Below, piece by piece: positions 15,675 through 26,199 of a DNA stretch of 35,874 nucleotides. The DNA comes from Burkholderiaceae bacterium (lineage in GTDB: Bacteria > Pseudomonadota > Gammaproteobacteria > Burkholderiales > Burkholderiaceae_C): positions 1 to 35,874 of the forward strand of contig JALRAA010000001.1 of assembly GCA_023262645.1 (NCBI GenBank), in the 5' to 3' direction. The stretch's first letter is position 1, and the number at the start of each line of letters is the position of its first letter. A program made the position numbers and the translations under genes. Under the pieces are notes generated by a model. The model saw only the letters and a program-made list of their open reading frames with translations, searched no databases and was not told the origin of the DNA.

Positions 15675-16958
15675 TCAATGGTCATCGTTAGCGGGCTGGT
15701 CTTTGTCTTTTGCTTTGGCCGCATTGATCACCAGAATTTTTTGACCCGCTGTCAATGAGACAGGGGCAGCAGGGGCGTGGTCGTCTTGGCCGGAAGGGCT
15801 TGTCTTGGCATGTTCGTCTTTGGCATGCGCATCGCTTGTATGTGAATCGGTGTGAGCAGCCTCAGCTTTTGCAGGTTCAGCTTTGGCAGGGGCTGCGTGT
15901 TTTTCTTGCTCTGCAGGCGGCGGGCTGGCTGGCGATTTCGGTGTTTCTGCTTTGGCAGATTCTTTTTGCGAGGATGCTTCTTTGGCAGGCGCATCCTTGG
16001 CGTCGTCATCTTGTTTGGCGTCGGCTTTCGCAGCTTCTGCCTTGGCCAACTCCGCTTTGACCAAGGCCTCTTTCATTTTTTCTGCACGAGCAAGCTCCTC
16101 CAAAGCGCGATCGACTTTGGCCAACGCTGCCGCTCTCACCCGCTCTGCTCTGGCAAGTTCGGCCTTGGCTTGTTCTTCTTTGAGTTTTTCAGCACGCTCT
16201 TGTGCTGCTTTCGCGCGTTCGGCTTTCAGTTGCTCAGCCTTGGCTTTTTGTTCCTTGAGTTTTTCTTCTCTGGCCAACGCCGCCTTGGCCAGCTCTTCCT
16301 TGCGTTTCTCTGCGCGCTCTTGCGCGGCTTTGGCACGCTCGGCTTTGGCCAATTCAGCTTTGCTCATGGCAGGTTTGGCAGGCTCGGCAGCATCGTGTGC
16401 GTCGGCTGCGTGGCCGTCACTGCTTTTGGCAGGAGCGGTGGGCCTGATGGGCTCCATGCGCTGCACCAATACCGATGAAGCCGTGGGTCTGCTGGCCGGC
16501 GCAGGCAAGCCTTTGGGCGCTGCATGTTCGGCTGCGGGTGCATGGTCTTGGTGGTTGGCATGATCACTCTGCGCAGGGGGCGGGGCAGGTGTGGCTTTGG
16601 GCGCAACAGGTGGCTCGGGCACTTCCGTGACGGTAGCTGTTTTTGCCAACGGCACGGCTGGCACAGACGCATTGGGGCTGATCGGTGCGGTTTGCACCGC
16701 CGTGGGATCAGCGGTTTTGTCTGCGGTCCGCACCAGATTGTTTGACCCACTGGGTGCATTCTGATTTTTCGGCAACACACGCAAGGGATAAAACAAATAG
16801 CCACGCTCAACCAAATCGGCTTCCATGGGGCCTGCGATGATGCGTCCTTGGTCGTCCACTTCATTGGCCGGTGCAAGAGCCGGCACCAACGCCGTCAGCA
16901 ACGCCAAGCCCATCGCGCGATGGCGAAATTGCAATAAATCTGTTTTCATGTTGCGCAT
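15675..16958 (-). CDS. Secreted low-complexity Ala/Lys/Glu/Pro/His-rich protein with central coiled coil (TolA-like composition)
   Basis: Long ORF with a signal-like segment (GLALLTALVPALAPA); GAGGGA RBS before ATG 16958 (alternatives 16949, 16976); AKAE-rich helix. Confidence 0.65.
   Translation of the reverse strand: MRNMKTDLLQFRHRAMGLALLTALVPALAPANEVDDQGRIIAGPMEADLVERGYLFYPLRVLPKNQNAPSGSNNLVRTADKTADPTAVQTAPISPNASVPAVPLAKTATVTEVPEPPVAPKATPAPPPAQSDHANHQDHAPAAEHAAPKGLPAPASRPTASSVLVQRMEPIRPTAPAKSSDGHAADAHDAAEPAKPAMSKAELAKAERAKAAQERAEKRKEELAKAALAREEKLKEQKAKAEQLKAERAKAAQERAEKLKEEQAKAELARAERVRAAALAKVDRALEELARAEKMKEALVKAELAKAEAAKADAKQDDDAKDAPAKEASSQKESAKAETPKSPASPPPAEQEKHAAPAKAEPAKAEAAHTDSHTSDAHAKDEHAKTSPSGQDDHAPAAPVSLTAGQKILVINAAKAKDKDQPANDDH
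16149..16346 (-). repeat. Imperfect 78-bp direct repeat, 120-bp period (16269-16346 and 16149-16226)
   Basis: Encodes KAERAKAAQERAEK(R/L)KEE(L/Q)AKA(A/E)LAR twice, with many synonymous differences. Confidence 0.8.
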
Positions 16959-17107
16959 GCCTATTCCCTCAACCATATTGGCGTTCTTGAGTCGGATTGT
17001 TCAGCCATAACTTGAGCCGAGCAAGTGCAAAATGCCCTGAGATCACGCGTCGAATTGCATGACAATCGAATGCGCATTCTTTTTGATTCATTTTTCTAAG
17101 GACTCTC

Positions 17108-17566
17108 ATGGCTATTCACCAACGACTCAAAGAACGAAATATCGAATTGCCCGATGTTTCTGTGCCCGCTGCGGCCTACGTACCCTATGTGCAAACCGGC
17201 AACTTGCTGTTTGTCAGTGGCCATATCGCCAAAAAAGACGGCAAGGCATGGGTGGGTCAACTGGGAACGAACATGGACACCGAAACAGGCAGACAAGCGG
17301 CCGAGTCCATCGCCATCGATTTATTGGGCACGTTGCAAGCGGCCTGCGGCGGAGACCTCAACCGCATCAAACGCATTGTGAAAGTGGTCAGCCTGGTCAA
17401 TGCCAATGGCACATTCACCGAACCGCATCTGGTGACCAATGGCTGCAGCGAATTGCTGATGCACATCTTGGGTGATGCTGGTGCACATGCACGCAGTGCA
17501 TATTGCGTGGCGCAATTGCCCATGGGTTCGTGCGTTGAAATTGAATTGGTGGCTGAATTGTTGTGA
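17108..17566 (+). CDS. RidA/YjgF/UK114 family protein
   Basis: PAAAYVPYVQTGNLLFVSGH, NGCSEL, GAHARSA, LPMGSCVEIE; RBS TAAGGA. Confidence 0.9.
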   Translation: MAIHQRLKERNIELPDVSVPAAAYVPYVQTGNLLFVSGHIAKKDGKAWVGQLGTNMDTETGRQAAESIAIDLLGTLQAACGGDLNRIKRIVKVVSLVNANGTFTEPHLVTNGCSELLMHILGDAGAHARSAYCVAQLPMGSCVEIELVAELL

Positions 17567-17572
17567 AGCCGT

Positions 17573-20500
17573 TCAGCGCTTGATCAAGCGAGCAAAACGG
17601 CCAAACAACTTACCCACATCATCCACATACAAATACACCGCGGGTATGACCAACAGGCTCAGAAAGGTGGATGTGATCAATCCCCCGATGACAGACACCG
17701 CCATGGGTGAGCGGAAGCTGGAATCCGATGCGCCCCAACCGGCAGCGATAGGAAACATGCCCGCGCCCATGGCTATGGTGGTCATGATGATGGGACGGGC
17801 CCGTTTCTGACAAGCGTCCATGAGTGCGTCAAAACGGCTCATGCCCAGATCACGCTGTGCGACGATGGCGTACTCGACCAACAAAATAGAGTTTTTAGTG
17901 GCAACACCCATCAACATGATCAATCCAATGAGTGAAGGCATGGAAAAGCTTTTGCCCGTCATTAACAATGCGACAAATGCGCCACCAATAGACAAGGGCA
18001 ACGCGGCCAAAATGGTGATCGGGTGCAGCACGCTTTTGAACAGCAGCACAAGCACCAAATAAATACACAAGATACCGGTCAACATGGCCAGCGCGAAACT
18101 GGCAAACAACTCCTCCATCACTTCAGCGTCGCCGACTTCCACCAAGCGTATGCCGGGCGGCAGTTGTTTGACCGAGGGCAAATTTTTCACCGCCTCTTTG
18201 GCGTCACCCAGCCCCACACCCGAGAGCTCAATTTGAAAGCGTATGTTGCGTTCACGGTTGTAGCGGTCAATCACCGCAGGCCCACCGCTGGGCTCCAAAC
18301 GCGCCACTTCGGCGAGCAACACCGGCCCGCGCGCACCGGGCACAGTCAAGCGTCCCAGCAAATCTAAATCTTGGCGAGCACTGTCGGCGAGTTTGACCAT
18401 GATCGGCACTTGGCGTTGCGCCAAATTCAGCTTGGGCAATGCAGCGTCGTAATCGCCCATGGTGGCAATGCGCAAGGTCTCGCCAATGGCCGCGCTGGTC
18501 ACACCCAAATCAGCGGCACGCGCAAAATCAGGCAACACCGCAATTTCCTGTCGCACCAAACTGGCGCTCGAAATGACCGATCCCAAACCGGGTATGCCGC
18601 GCAATTCGCGCTCAAGGTTGGTGGCGGTTTGTTGCAGCGCCATGGGGTCATCCCCGGTCAACATGACCAGGTATTTTTCTCCAGAAGCACCGAGCCCAAC
18701 TTTCACACGCATACCTGGCATATCAGCCAACAGTTGTCGCATGTTTTTTTCAATCACCCCTTTGCGCGGCCGTTGACCACGCTCTGTGAGTTGGATGGTG
18801 AGCGTGGCGACCCGGGTTTCTGCGCTGGCTTGCGGCATGCTGGGATCCGACCCGGCAGAGCCGCCACCGATGGTGGTGTAGACGGACTTCACTTCGGGCA
18901 AGGTCATCACACGTTGACGCACTTCTTCAGCCATTTTTTCGGTGAAGGCCAAGGACGTTCCCGGCGGCAATTCAATCCCCACTTGGGTTTGCGAATTGTC
19001 ATCGGGCGGAATAAACCCAGTGGGCAACAATGGAATCAGGCTCAGCGATGCAATGAAAAAAACCGCCGCACCCAATGCCGTCCAAAACCGGTGATTCAAA
19101 CACCAGCGCACCATGCGCAAATAGGTAGACATCCAAAAGGGAACCGGTGCCGACCTGTTCGAGGGCTGGAGCATGTAAGCAGCCATCATGGGGGTGAGCA
19201 TGCGCGCCACCACCAAGGAGGCAAACACCGCCAGTGCAGCGGTCCAACCAAATTGCACAAAAAATTTGCCCGGCACACCGCTCATGAACGCGGTGGGCAA
19301 AAACACCGCCACCAAGGTGAATGTGGTGGCAATCACCGCCAACCCGATTTCATCGGCAGCTTCCATGGCCGCCGCAAAAGGCGATTTGCCCATGTGCAAA
19401 TGCCGCTCTATGTTCTCCACTTCCACAATGGCGTCGTCGACCAAAATGCCAACCACCAAGGACAACGCCAACAAACTGATGACGTTGATAGAAAACCCCA
19501 AATACCACATGCCAATGAACGCAGGCAGTACAGACAAAGGCAACGCCACGGCAGACACAAACGTAGCGCGCAGGTCACGCAAAAACAACCACACCACCAA
19601 CACGGCCAGCAAAGCGCCTTCGTAAAGCAACACCAACGATGCGTTGTATTCATCCTTGACAGGGGTCACAAAGTCGAAGGCGGTGGTGATGCTCACATCC
19701 GGGTGGGTGGCGCGCAATTCGTCCAAGGCTTTGATCACCCGCGCACCCACATCCACTTCACTCGCACCACGGCTTCGTGAGACCTCAAAACCCACCACAG
19801 GCTTACCATTCAAAAATGCCGATGAACGCTTTTCGGCAAACGTGTCGTTGACGGTGGCGATATCGCGCAAACGTACACGCCCCCCGTGACCGACCGCAAT
19901 TTCTAAATCAGCCAACTCGGCCGCAGAACCCACAGTGGCCAAGGTACGCAACGGTTGCTCGCTGCCGCCCAAATCGGTTCGTCCCCCTGCACTTTCACTT
20001 TGCACTTGTCGCAATTGGCGGGAAACATCGGCGGCGGAAATTCGCAAAGCTTGCATGCGAACCGGATCCAATGCGATGTCAACTTGACGCTGCACACCGC
20101 CCACCCGATTGACCGAACCAACGCCTTTGATGGAAAGCAGTCGCCGCACCACTGTTTGGTCGACAAACCAACTCAAACCCTCTTCGTCGAACAAAGGCGA
20201 AGTGATGGTGAATGCCAACACGGGTGACCCCGTGAAATCCAGTTTTTTGACGACCGGCTCAAGCAAGTCGCTGGGCAAATCGGTGCGCGCCAAATTGACA
20301 GCAGAGCGGATTTCGTCCAACGCTTCTTGGATGGGTTTTTCAATCCTGAACTCGCAAGTGATCAACACCGAGCCATCTTGCACCTTGGTGTAAATGTTTT
20401 TCAAACCCTGCGCCGACACCACCGCGTTTTCAATCTTGCGGGCGACCTCGGTTTCCATTTGTGCGGGTGAAGCGCCAGGCAATGAAGCGGTGATGACGAT

Positions 20501-20632
20501 GGTGGGCAGATCCAAGTCGGGAAAGTTTTGTACCTTCATGCTGTTGAAGGACAACAAACCTGCAAAACTCAGCAATACGAACAACACCACGCCCGGTACG
20601 GGATTGCGTATAGACCAAGCGGAAACATTCAT
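17573..20632 (-). CDS. RND efflux transporter permease (AcrB/AcrD/AcrF family)
   Basis: 1019 aa; WSIRNP, NFPDLD, GILVDDAIVEVENI, KNSILLVE, RARPIIMTT. Confidence 0.95.
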   Translation of the reverse strand: MNVSAWSIRNPVPGVVLFVLLSFAGLLSFNSMKVQNFPDLDLPTIVITASLPGASPAQMETEVARKIENAVVSAQGLKNIYTKVQDGSVLITCEFRIEKPIQEALDEIRSAVNLARTDLPSDLLEPVVKKLDFTGSPVLAFTITSPLFDEEGLSWFVDQTVVRRLLSIKGVGSVNRVGGVQRQVDIALDPVRMQALRISAADVSRQLRQVQSESAGGRTDLGGSEQPLRTLATVGSAAELADLEIAVGHGGRVRLRDIATVNDTFAEKRSSAFLNGKPVVGFEVSRSRGASEVDVGARVIKALDELRATHPDVSITTAFDFVTPVKDEYNASLVLLYEGALLAVLVVWLFLRDLRATFVSAVALPLSVLPAFIGMWYLGFSINVISLLALSLVVGILVDDAIVEVENIERHLHMGKSPFAAAMEAADEIGLAVIATTFTLVAVFLPTAFMSGVPGKFFVQFGWTAALAVFASLVVARMLTPMMAAYMLQPSNRSAPVPFWMSTYLRMVRWCLNHRFWTALGAAVFFIASLSLIPLLPTGFIPPDDNSQTQVGIELPPGTSLAFTEKMAEEVRQRVMTLPEVKSVYTTIGGGSAGSDPSMPQASAETRVATLTIQLTERGQRPRKGVIEKNMRQLLADMPGMRVKVGLGASGEKYLVMLTGDDPMALQQTATNLERELRGIPGLGSVISSASLVRQEIAVLPDFARAADLGVTSAAIGETLRIATMGDYDAALPKLNLAQRQVPIMVKLADSARQDLDLLGRLTVPGARGPVLLAEVARLEPSGGPAVIDRYNRERNIRFQIELSGVGLGDAKEAVKNLPSVKQLPPGIRLVEVGDAEVMEELFASFALAMLTGILCIYLVLVLLFKSVLHPITILAALPLSIGGAFVALLMTGKSFSMPSLIGLIMLMGVATKNSILLVEYAIVAQRDLGMSRFDALMDACQKRARPIIMTTIAMGAGMFPIAAGWGASDSSFRSPMAVSVIGGLITSTFLSLLVIPAVYLYVDDVGKLFGRFARLIKR

Positions 20633-21726
20633 GGCACAACTTTCACCAGGTCGCCAGCGGTCAAAAATCCTGCGCCGCGCACCACCACATTGGCGTCCAG
20701 CGGTAAGCCTGAAGTGATTTCAATCATGTCACCTTGCCTGCGGCCCACAGACACTTTGAGCAATTTAACGCGTTGGTCGGGTCCCACCACATACACCTGC
20801 TGAAACCCATCGCGCACCACCAACGATTGCTGCGGCAACAACAAGGCTTTGCTGCTGCCAAATTCAAATTCGCCACGCACAAACATGCCAGGCTTGAGCA
20901 GACCTTGTGCCGAGGCTGGCAAATCGACATACACCAAACCGGTGCGGTTTTGCACATCGACGGTGGGGGCAAGCATCCGCACTTGGCCAATGACTTCGGC
21001 CCCACTGGCGACCGTGATGCGTACTTTTTGACCCGGCTTGATACGGAACAATTCGCTCGACACCAAATCGGCGCGCCATTCAAGCCGGTTACCGCGAATC
21101 AAGCGAAACAACTCGCTGCCTAGAGCGACCACCGAACCGACACTGGCGGTTCGCGCTGAAATAACGCCGTTGTCTGGCGCACGCACCTGTGTTTTTTGCA
21201 AGTGCAATTCACTGGCCGCCAAATTGGCTTGCGCTGACTCGACGCGCGCCTTGGCGGTGGCTTCGGCGGTGACATCTTTGTTGAATTGCTGCGCACTGAT
21301 GACACCGCTGGGTTGCAAAGCACGGGCCCGGTCAGCGTTGGCTTGCGCCTCCGAAGCAACAGCTTTGGCCTCGTTCAGCGCGGCCTTGGCTTGGTTGATT
21401 TCTGCCAGCACGGTGTCGTTGGTGAACACCGCCAAAACTTGACCGGCTTTGACTTGATCGCCCACATTGACTCGCACTTCCGTCAAACGCAAGCCACCGA
21501 TTTCGGCACCCACACTGGCTTCTTGCCAAGCGGCCACCGTACCGTTGGCGCTCAAGCGCTGAGAAAGTTGCTGGTTTTGAGGCTGAGCCACGGTCACCGT
21601 CATGGCAGGTTTGGCGACGGCGGCTGTTTTGGCATCCGGTTGCTGCGCATTGGCGATCAGAACCGCCGCACAGATTGCCCAACACCCTGTGAGACGAACC
21701 ATGGTTCGCCGCTGTTTGGATTGCAT
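20629..21726 (-). CDS. RND efflux periplasmic adaptor (membrane fusion protein)
   Basis: VNVGDQVKAGQVLA lipoyl-like motif, helical hairpin, VRAPDNGVI, LKPGMF; 4-nt overlap with the RND gene. Confidence 0.93.
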   Translation of the reverse strand: MQSKQRRTMVRLTGCWAICAAVLIANAQQPDAKTAAVAKPAMTVTVAQPQNQQLSQRLSANGTVAAWQEASVGAEIGGLRLTEVRVNVGDQVKAGQVLAVFTNDTVLAEINQAKAALNEAKAVASEAQANADRARALQPSGVISAQQFNKDVTAEATAKARVESAQANLAASELHLQKTQVRAPDNGVISARTASVGSVVALGSELFRLIRGNRLEWRADLVSSELFRIKPGQKVRITVASGAEVIGQVRMLAPTVDVQNRTGLVYVDLPASAQGLLKPGMFVRGEFEFGSSKALLLPQQSLVVRDGFQQVYVVGPDQRVKLLKVSVGRRQGDMIEITSGLPLDANVVVRGAGFLTAGDLVKVVP

Positions 21727-21764
21727 GTTTCTGCCTTTGAACAGATAAAAAGAAAGCGAGGTAC

Positions 21765-24116
21765 TTACAACACCCTCAACACGTGCGTAGGCTTGAAGCC
21801 CAAGTCCGCCATTTTTCCTTTTCTGGCGCGGGCGGCCCGGGCATTATTCAAGCTTCTGATTTCCAGCGTTTCTTCGCGGGCTTTGCCCCCACGCCCGACG
21901 CCCCATAAACACACACTGCGGGTGTATGCGGCGGCGCCCGCCAAGGTGTCTTTATCTTCCAAGTCCATCAGCATCAAACCGCGCCCGCCTTTCTCCATCG
22001 CCTTGAGTTCGGTGATGTCAAAGGTCAGAATGCGACCGCCGGTTGAAGCACACACCACATGTGTGGCGATGGGCAAAGGCTCTGCACCATTGCCCCCACC
22101 CACGACGGAAGGCACACACAGAGTTTCGCCGGGCTGCAAACTGATGAATGCCTTGCCGCCTTTGTTGCGCGATAGCAAGTTGTCGATACAGCACACAAAA
22201 CCATAACCTCCCGAACCGCTGAGCAGCAGCGTCATGGTTGTCGGCCCTGCGACATAGTGCACGAGTTGCGTTCCCGATTCCACATCGACCAACGTGGTCA
22301 CGGGCTGGCCGTCACCCCGCGCGCCGGGCAAGGCTGACACGGGCACGGAGTACACACGCCCATTCGACCCAAAAGCTATCAAGGGATCCACCGTGCGGCA
22401 CTCGAACGTGTCGTACAAACCGTCGCCCGCTTTGAACGCAAAACTGCCGGGTTCATGGCCATGGCCTTGGCGCACACGCACCCAACCTTTTTCAGAGACC
22501 ACCACCGTCACGGGTTCATCGATGACTTTGACCTCGGCCACCGCCTTTTTCTCGGCCTGAATCAAGGTACGTCGCTCATCGGCAAACAACTTGGCGTCGG
22601 CTTCGATTTCTTTGACCATCAATCGGCGCAGCGACGCTGTGCTGCCTAAAACGTCTTCAAGCTTGCTCTGCTCTTCGCGCAGTTCTTTGAGCTCTTGTTC
22701 GATCTTGATGGCTTCCAAACGCGCCAACTGACGCAAGCGGATGTCCAAAATATCGTCGGCTTGGCGCTCACTCAGCTTGAACCGTTCGATCAACGCAGGC
22801 TTGGGCTCGTCGCTGTGGCGGATGATGCGGATCACCTCGTCGATATTGAGCAACACCAGTTGGCGACCTTCCAAGATGTGGATACGTGCCAGCACCTTGT
22901 CCAAACGAAATTGCGAGCGGCGTTGCACCGTGGCTTGGCGAAAGCTGATCCACTCTTCCAGCATTTGTCGCAGCGTCTTGGGCACTGGCCTGCCGTCCAA
23001 ACCGACCATGGTGAGGTTGATCGAAGCAGAACTCTCCAAACTGGTGTGCGCCAGCAAAGTGTTGATCAGTTCTTGTTGCTCAATGGTGCGGGTTTTGGGT
23101 TCGAACACCAAACGCACCGGTGCGTCTTTAGACGATTCGTCGCGCACCCCATCGAGCACAGACACCACCGTCGCCTTGAGTTGTGTCTGCTCTGCGCTCA
23201 GCGCTTTTTTGCCCGTTTTGACCTTGGGGTTGGTCAACTCTTCGATTTCTTCCAACACTTTTTGCGAGCTGACATTGGGCGGCAATTCGTTGACCACCAA
23301 CTGCCATTGACCACGCGCCAAATCTTCGATGACCCAACGGGCCCGCACCTTGAGCGAACCGCGACCGCTGGCATAAGCGTCAGAAATATCGGCTGCGCTG
23401 CTGATGATTTGACCGCCGCCGGGATAGTCGGGGCCAGGCAGTAATTGCAGCAACTCTTCGTGGCTGAGCTTGGGGTTTTTGATCAACGCCACACAAGCAT
23501 CGGCGACTTCGCGCAAGTTGTGGCTGGGAATTTCGGTGGCCATGCCGACCGCAATACCGCTGGCGCCGTTGAGCAGCGCAAACGGCAATCGCGCGGGCAA
23601 TTGCTTGGGTTCTTCGGTGGAGCCGTCGTAGTTGGGCTGGAAGTCGACCGTGCCTTCGTCGATTTCATCCAACAACAAACTGGTGATGCGGGCCAACCGC
23701 GCTTCGGTGTAGCGCATGGCGGCAGGCGGATCACCGTCGATGGAGCCAAAATTTCCCTGACCGTCCACCAAGGTGTAGCGCATGGAAAAATCCTGCGCCA
23801 TGCGCACCAGGGCGTCATAAGCGGCGCTGTCACCGTGCGGGTGGTAGCGGCCCAACACATCGCCCACCACACGCGCACTTTTCACTGGCCGAGCACCCAC
23901 GGCGCCATTCGCGCCGCCAAAGCCCAAACCCATGCGCGACATTGAATACAAAATGCGCCGCTGAACCGGTTTTTGGCCGTCGCACACATCGGGCAAGGCG
24001 CGGCCTTTGACCACGCTCAAAGCGTATTCGAGGTAAGCGCGTTGGGCGTAATGGCCTAAAGCAATGCCGTCGTCGGATTCAGACGAGTTCAAGTCGAGTG
24101 TGGGTTGTTCAGTCAT
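21765..24116 (-). CDS. parC: DNA topoisomerase IV subunit A
   Basis: [34 protein letters not shown] (catalytic Tyr); no GyrA-box recognised; adjacent to parE. Confidence 0.96.
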   Translation of the reverse strand: MTEQPTLDLNSSESDDGIALGHYAQRAYLEYALSVVKGRALPDVCDGQKPVQRRILYSMSRMGLGFGGANGAVGARPVKSARVVGDVLGRYHPHGDSAAYDALVRMAQDFSMRYTLVDGQGNFGSIDGDPPAAMRYTEARLARITSLLLDEIDEGTVDFQPNYDGSTEEPKQLPARLPFALLNGASGIAVGMATEIPSHNLREVADACVALIKNPKLSHEELLQLLPGPDYPGGGQIISSAADISDAYASGRGSLKVRARWVIEDLARGQWQLVVNELPPNVSSQKVLEEIEELTNPKVKTGKKALSAEQTQLKATVVSVLDGVRDESSKDAPVRLVFEPKTRTIEQQELINTLLAHTSLESSASINLTMVGLDGRPVPKTLRQMLEEWISFRQATVQRRSQFRLDKVLARIHILEGRQLVLLNIDEVIRIIRHSDEPKPALIERFKLSERQADDILDIRLRQLARLEAIKIEQELKELREEQSKLEDVLGSTASLRRLMVKEIEADAKLFADERRTLIQAEKKAVAEVKVIDEPVTVVVSEKGWVRVRQGHGHEPGSFAFKAGDGLYDTFECRTVDPLIAFGSNGRVYSVPVSALPGARGDGQPVTTLVDVESGTQLVHYVAGPTTMTLLLSGSGGYGFVCCIDNLLSRNKGGKAFISLQPGETLCVPSVVGGGNGAEPLPIATHVVCASTGGRILTFDITELKAMEKGGRGLMLMDLEDKDTLAGAAAYTRSVCLWGVGRGGKAREETLEIRSLNNARAARARKGKMADLGFKPTHVLRVL

Positions 24117-24121
24117 GTTGC

Positions 24122-26089
24122 TTACACATCAATTTCAATCGAGTCGCCATGCAACTCCATCAATTCCCGTCGCGCGGCGGCCTCGCCTTTGCCCATCAAT
24201 TGGGTGATCATGCCTTCGGTTTGCGCGAAATCCAAAATGCCGAGTTGCACTGGCAACAAACGACGTGTGTCCGGGTTCAAGGTGGTGTCCCACAATTGTT
24301 CGGCGTTCATTTCGCCCAAACCTTTGAAGCGGCTGATGCTGCATTTTTCGCGCGGCACGCCGTCCTTGGCGCTTTTGTCCAATATGGCGGTGAGCTCGCC
24401 TTCGTCCAGGGCATAGACCTTGGTGGCGGGTTTTTTTCCGCGTGCAGGCACATCCACCCGAAACAACGGCGGGCGGGCCACATACACATGGCCAGCTTCT
24501 ATCAGTTTAGGGAAATGGCGGAAGAACAGGGTCAGCAACAGCACTTGAATGTGTGAGCCGTCCACATCCGCATCGCTCAATATGCAGACCTTGCCGTAGC
24601 GCAAGCCGGACAAATCGGGGCTGTCGTTCGGGCCGTGCGGATCGACACCGATGGCCACAGCAATATCGTGCACCTCGTTGTTGGCAAACAATCGGTCACG
24701 CTCGACTTCCCAGGTGTTGAGTACCTTGCCACGCAAAGGCAATATGGCTTGCGACTCTTTGTCGCGCCCCATCTTGGCACTGCCGCCAGCGCTATCGCCT
24801 TCAACCAAAAAAATTTCGTTGTGCGCCAGATCGCGGCTTTCGCAATCGGTGAGTTTGCCGGGCAACACGGCCACGCCTGAGCCCTTGCGTTTCTCGACTT
24901 TCTGACCAGCCTTTTGACGCATCTGCGCCGCGCGAATGACCAACTCGGCGAGTTTTTTGCCGTAGTCCACATGCTGGTTCAACCACAAGTCCAATGCTGG
25001 GCGCACAAAGCTCGACACCAGTCGCACCGCATCGCGTGAATTCAACCGCTCTTTGATTTGCCCTTGAAACTGCGGGTCCAGTACCTTGGCACTGAGAACA
25101 AAACTGGCGCGGGCAAACACATCTTCGGGCAACAGCTTGACACCCTTGGGCAACAAAGCATGTAAATCGATGAAGCTTTTCACCGCGTTGAATAAGCCGT
25201 CGCGCAAGCCGCTTTCATGCGTGCCACCCGCGCTGGTAGGAATCAGGTTCACATAGCTTTCTCGCACGGGGGCACCGTCTTCGGTGAAAGCCAAACACCA
25301 CTGCGCGCCCTCGCCTTCTGCAAAGCTTTCATGGCCACTGTCGGCGAAACCCTCGCCGTCAAACAGCGGAATGAACGGGTCGGCATGCAAGGTTTGCATC
25401 AAATAGTCGCGCAAGCCGCCTTTGTACATCCAAGTTTGCGTTTCTTTGGCCTTTTCTTGCACCAATGTCACGCTCACACCGGGCATCAACACCGCTTTGC
25501 TGCGCAGCAAATGCACCAATTCATTCAACGGCAGTACCGCTGATTCGAAATACTTGGCGTCTGGCCAAACACGCACAAACGTGCCTTGTTTGCGGTCTGC
25601 GCTCTCGGCTTTGCGCAGTTTGAGTTTTTCAACCACATCGCCGCCTTGGAACACCAAGTGCGCCACCTGTCCATCGCGGTACGACGTGACTTCCATGCGC
25701 TTGGCCAAGGCATTGGTGACGCTCACACCCACGCCGTGTAACCCCCCAGAAAAGCTGTAAGCCCCGCCACTGCCTTTGTCGAACTTGCCGCCCGCGTGAA
25801 GCCGGGTGAACACCAGTTCAATGACCGGTGCTTTTTCTTCCGGGTGCATGCCAAATGGAATGCCTCGCCCATCGTCATCGATGCCAATCGAACCGTCAGC
25901 GAACAAGGTAACCGCGATTTTTTTGCCAAAACCGGCCAGGGCCTCGTCGGCTGCGTTGTCGATCACCTCTTGGATGATGTGCAACGGGTTGTCGGTGCGG
26001 GTGTACATGCCGGGACGCTGCTTGACCGGCTCGAGTCCTTTGAGAACGCGTATCGACCCTTCGGAATATTCAGTTTGTTTGCTTGCCAT
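24122..26089 (-). CDS. parE: DNA topoisomerase IV subunit B
   Basis: [57 protein letters not shown]. Start at MASKQTEY (ATG 26089). Confidence 0.96.
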   Translation of the reverse strand: MASKQTEYSEGSIRVLKGLEPVKQRPGMYTRTDNPLHIIQEVIDNAADEALAGFGKKIAVTLFADGSIGIDDDGRGIPFGMHPEEKAPVIELVFTRLHAGGKFDKGSGGAYSFSGGLHGVGVSVTNALAKRMEVTSYRDGQVAHLVFQGGDVVEKLKLRKAESADRKQGTFVRVWPDAKYFESAVLPLNELVHLLRSKAVLMPGVSVTLVQEKAKETQTWMYKGGLRDYLMQTLHADPFIPLFDGEGFADSGHESFAEGEGAQWCLAFTEDGAPVRESYVNLIPTSAGGTHESGLRDGLFNAVKSFIDLHALLPKGVKLLPEDVFARASFVLSAKVLDPQFQGQIKERLNSRDAVRLVSSFVRPALDLWLNQHVDYGKKLAELVIRAAQMRQKAGQKVEKRKGSGVAVLPGKLTDCESRDLAHNEIFLVEGDSAGGSAKMGRDKESQAILPLRGKVLNTWEVERDRLFANNEVHDIAVAIGVDPHGPNDSPDLSGLRYGKVCILSDADVDGSHIQVLLLTLFFRHFPKLIEAGHVYVARPPLFRVDVPARGKKPATKVYALDEGELTAILDKSAKDGVPREKCSISRFKGLGEMNAEQLWDTTLNPDTRRLLPVQLGILDFAQTEGMITQLMGKGEAAARRELMELHGDSIEIDV

Positions 26090-26199
26090 GGGCCGCGATT
26101 GTAGACAGGGCGGCGAAACCGCACTGGATAAATGCACAGTGGGCATTTGCCAAACGGTTGAAAATGCCCTTGCTTTTCAAAATCGTTACATTTGTTTGG

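Noticed and set aside
15852-16563. Long Ala/Ser- and Phe/Leu-rich plus-strand ORFs
   Set aside because: Reverse-complement of the AKAE-rich low-complexity gene.
15675-16958. Calling this gene tolA
   Set aside because: Similarity is compositional only; no TolA C-terminal domain recognised and no tolQ/R/B/pal neighbours.
18371-19780. 469-aa plus-strand ORF
   Set aside because: Antisense shadow of the RND permease; His/Gln/Arg-rich composition typical of non-coding frames, with no motif.
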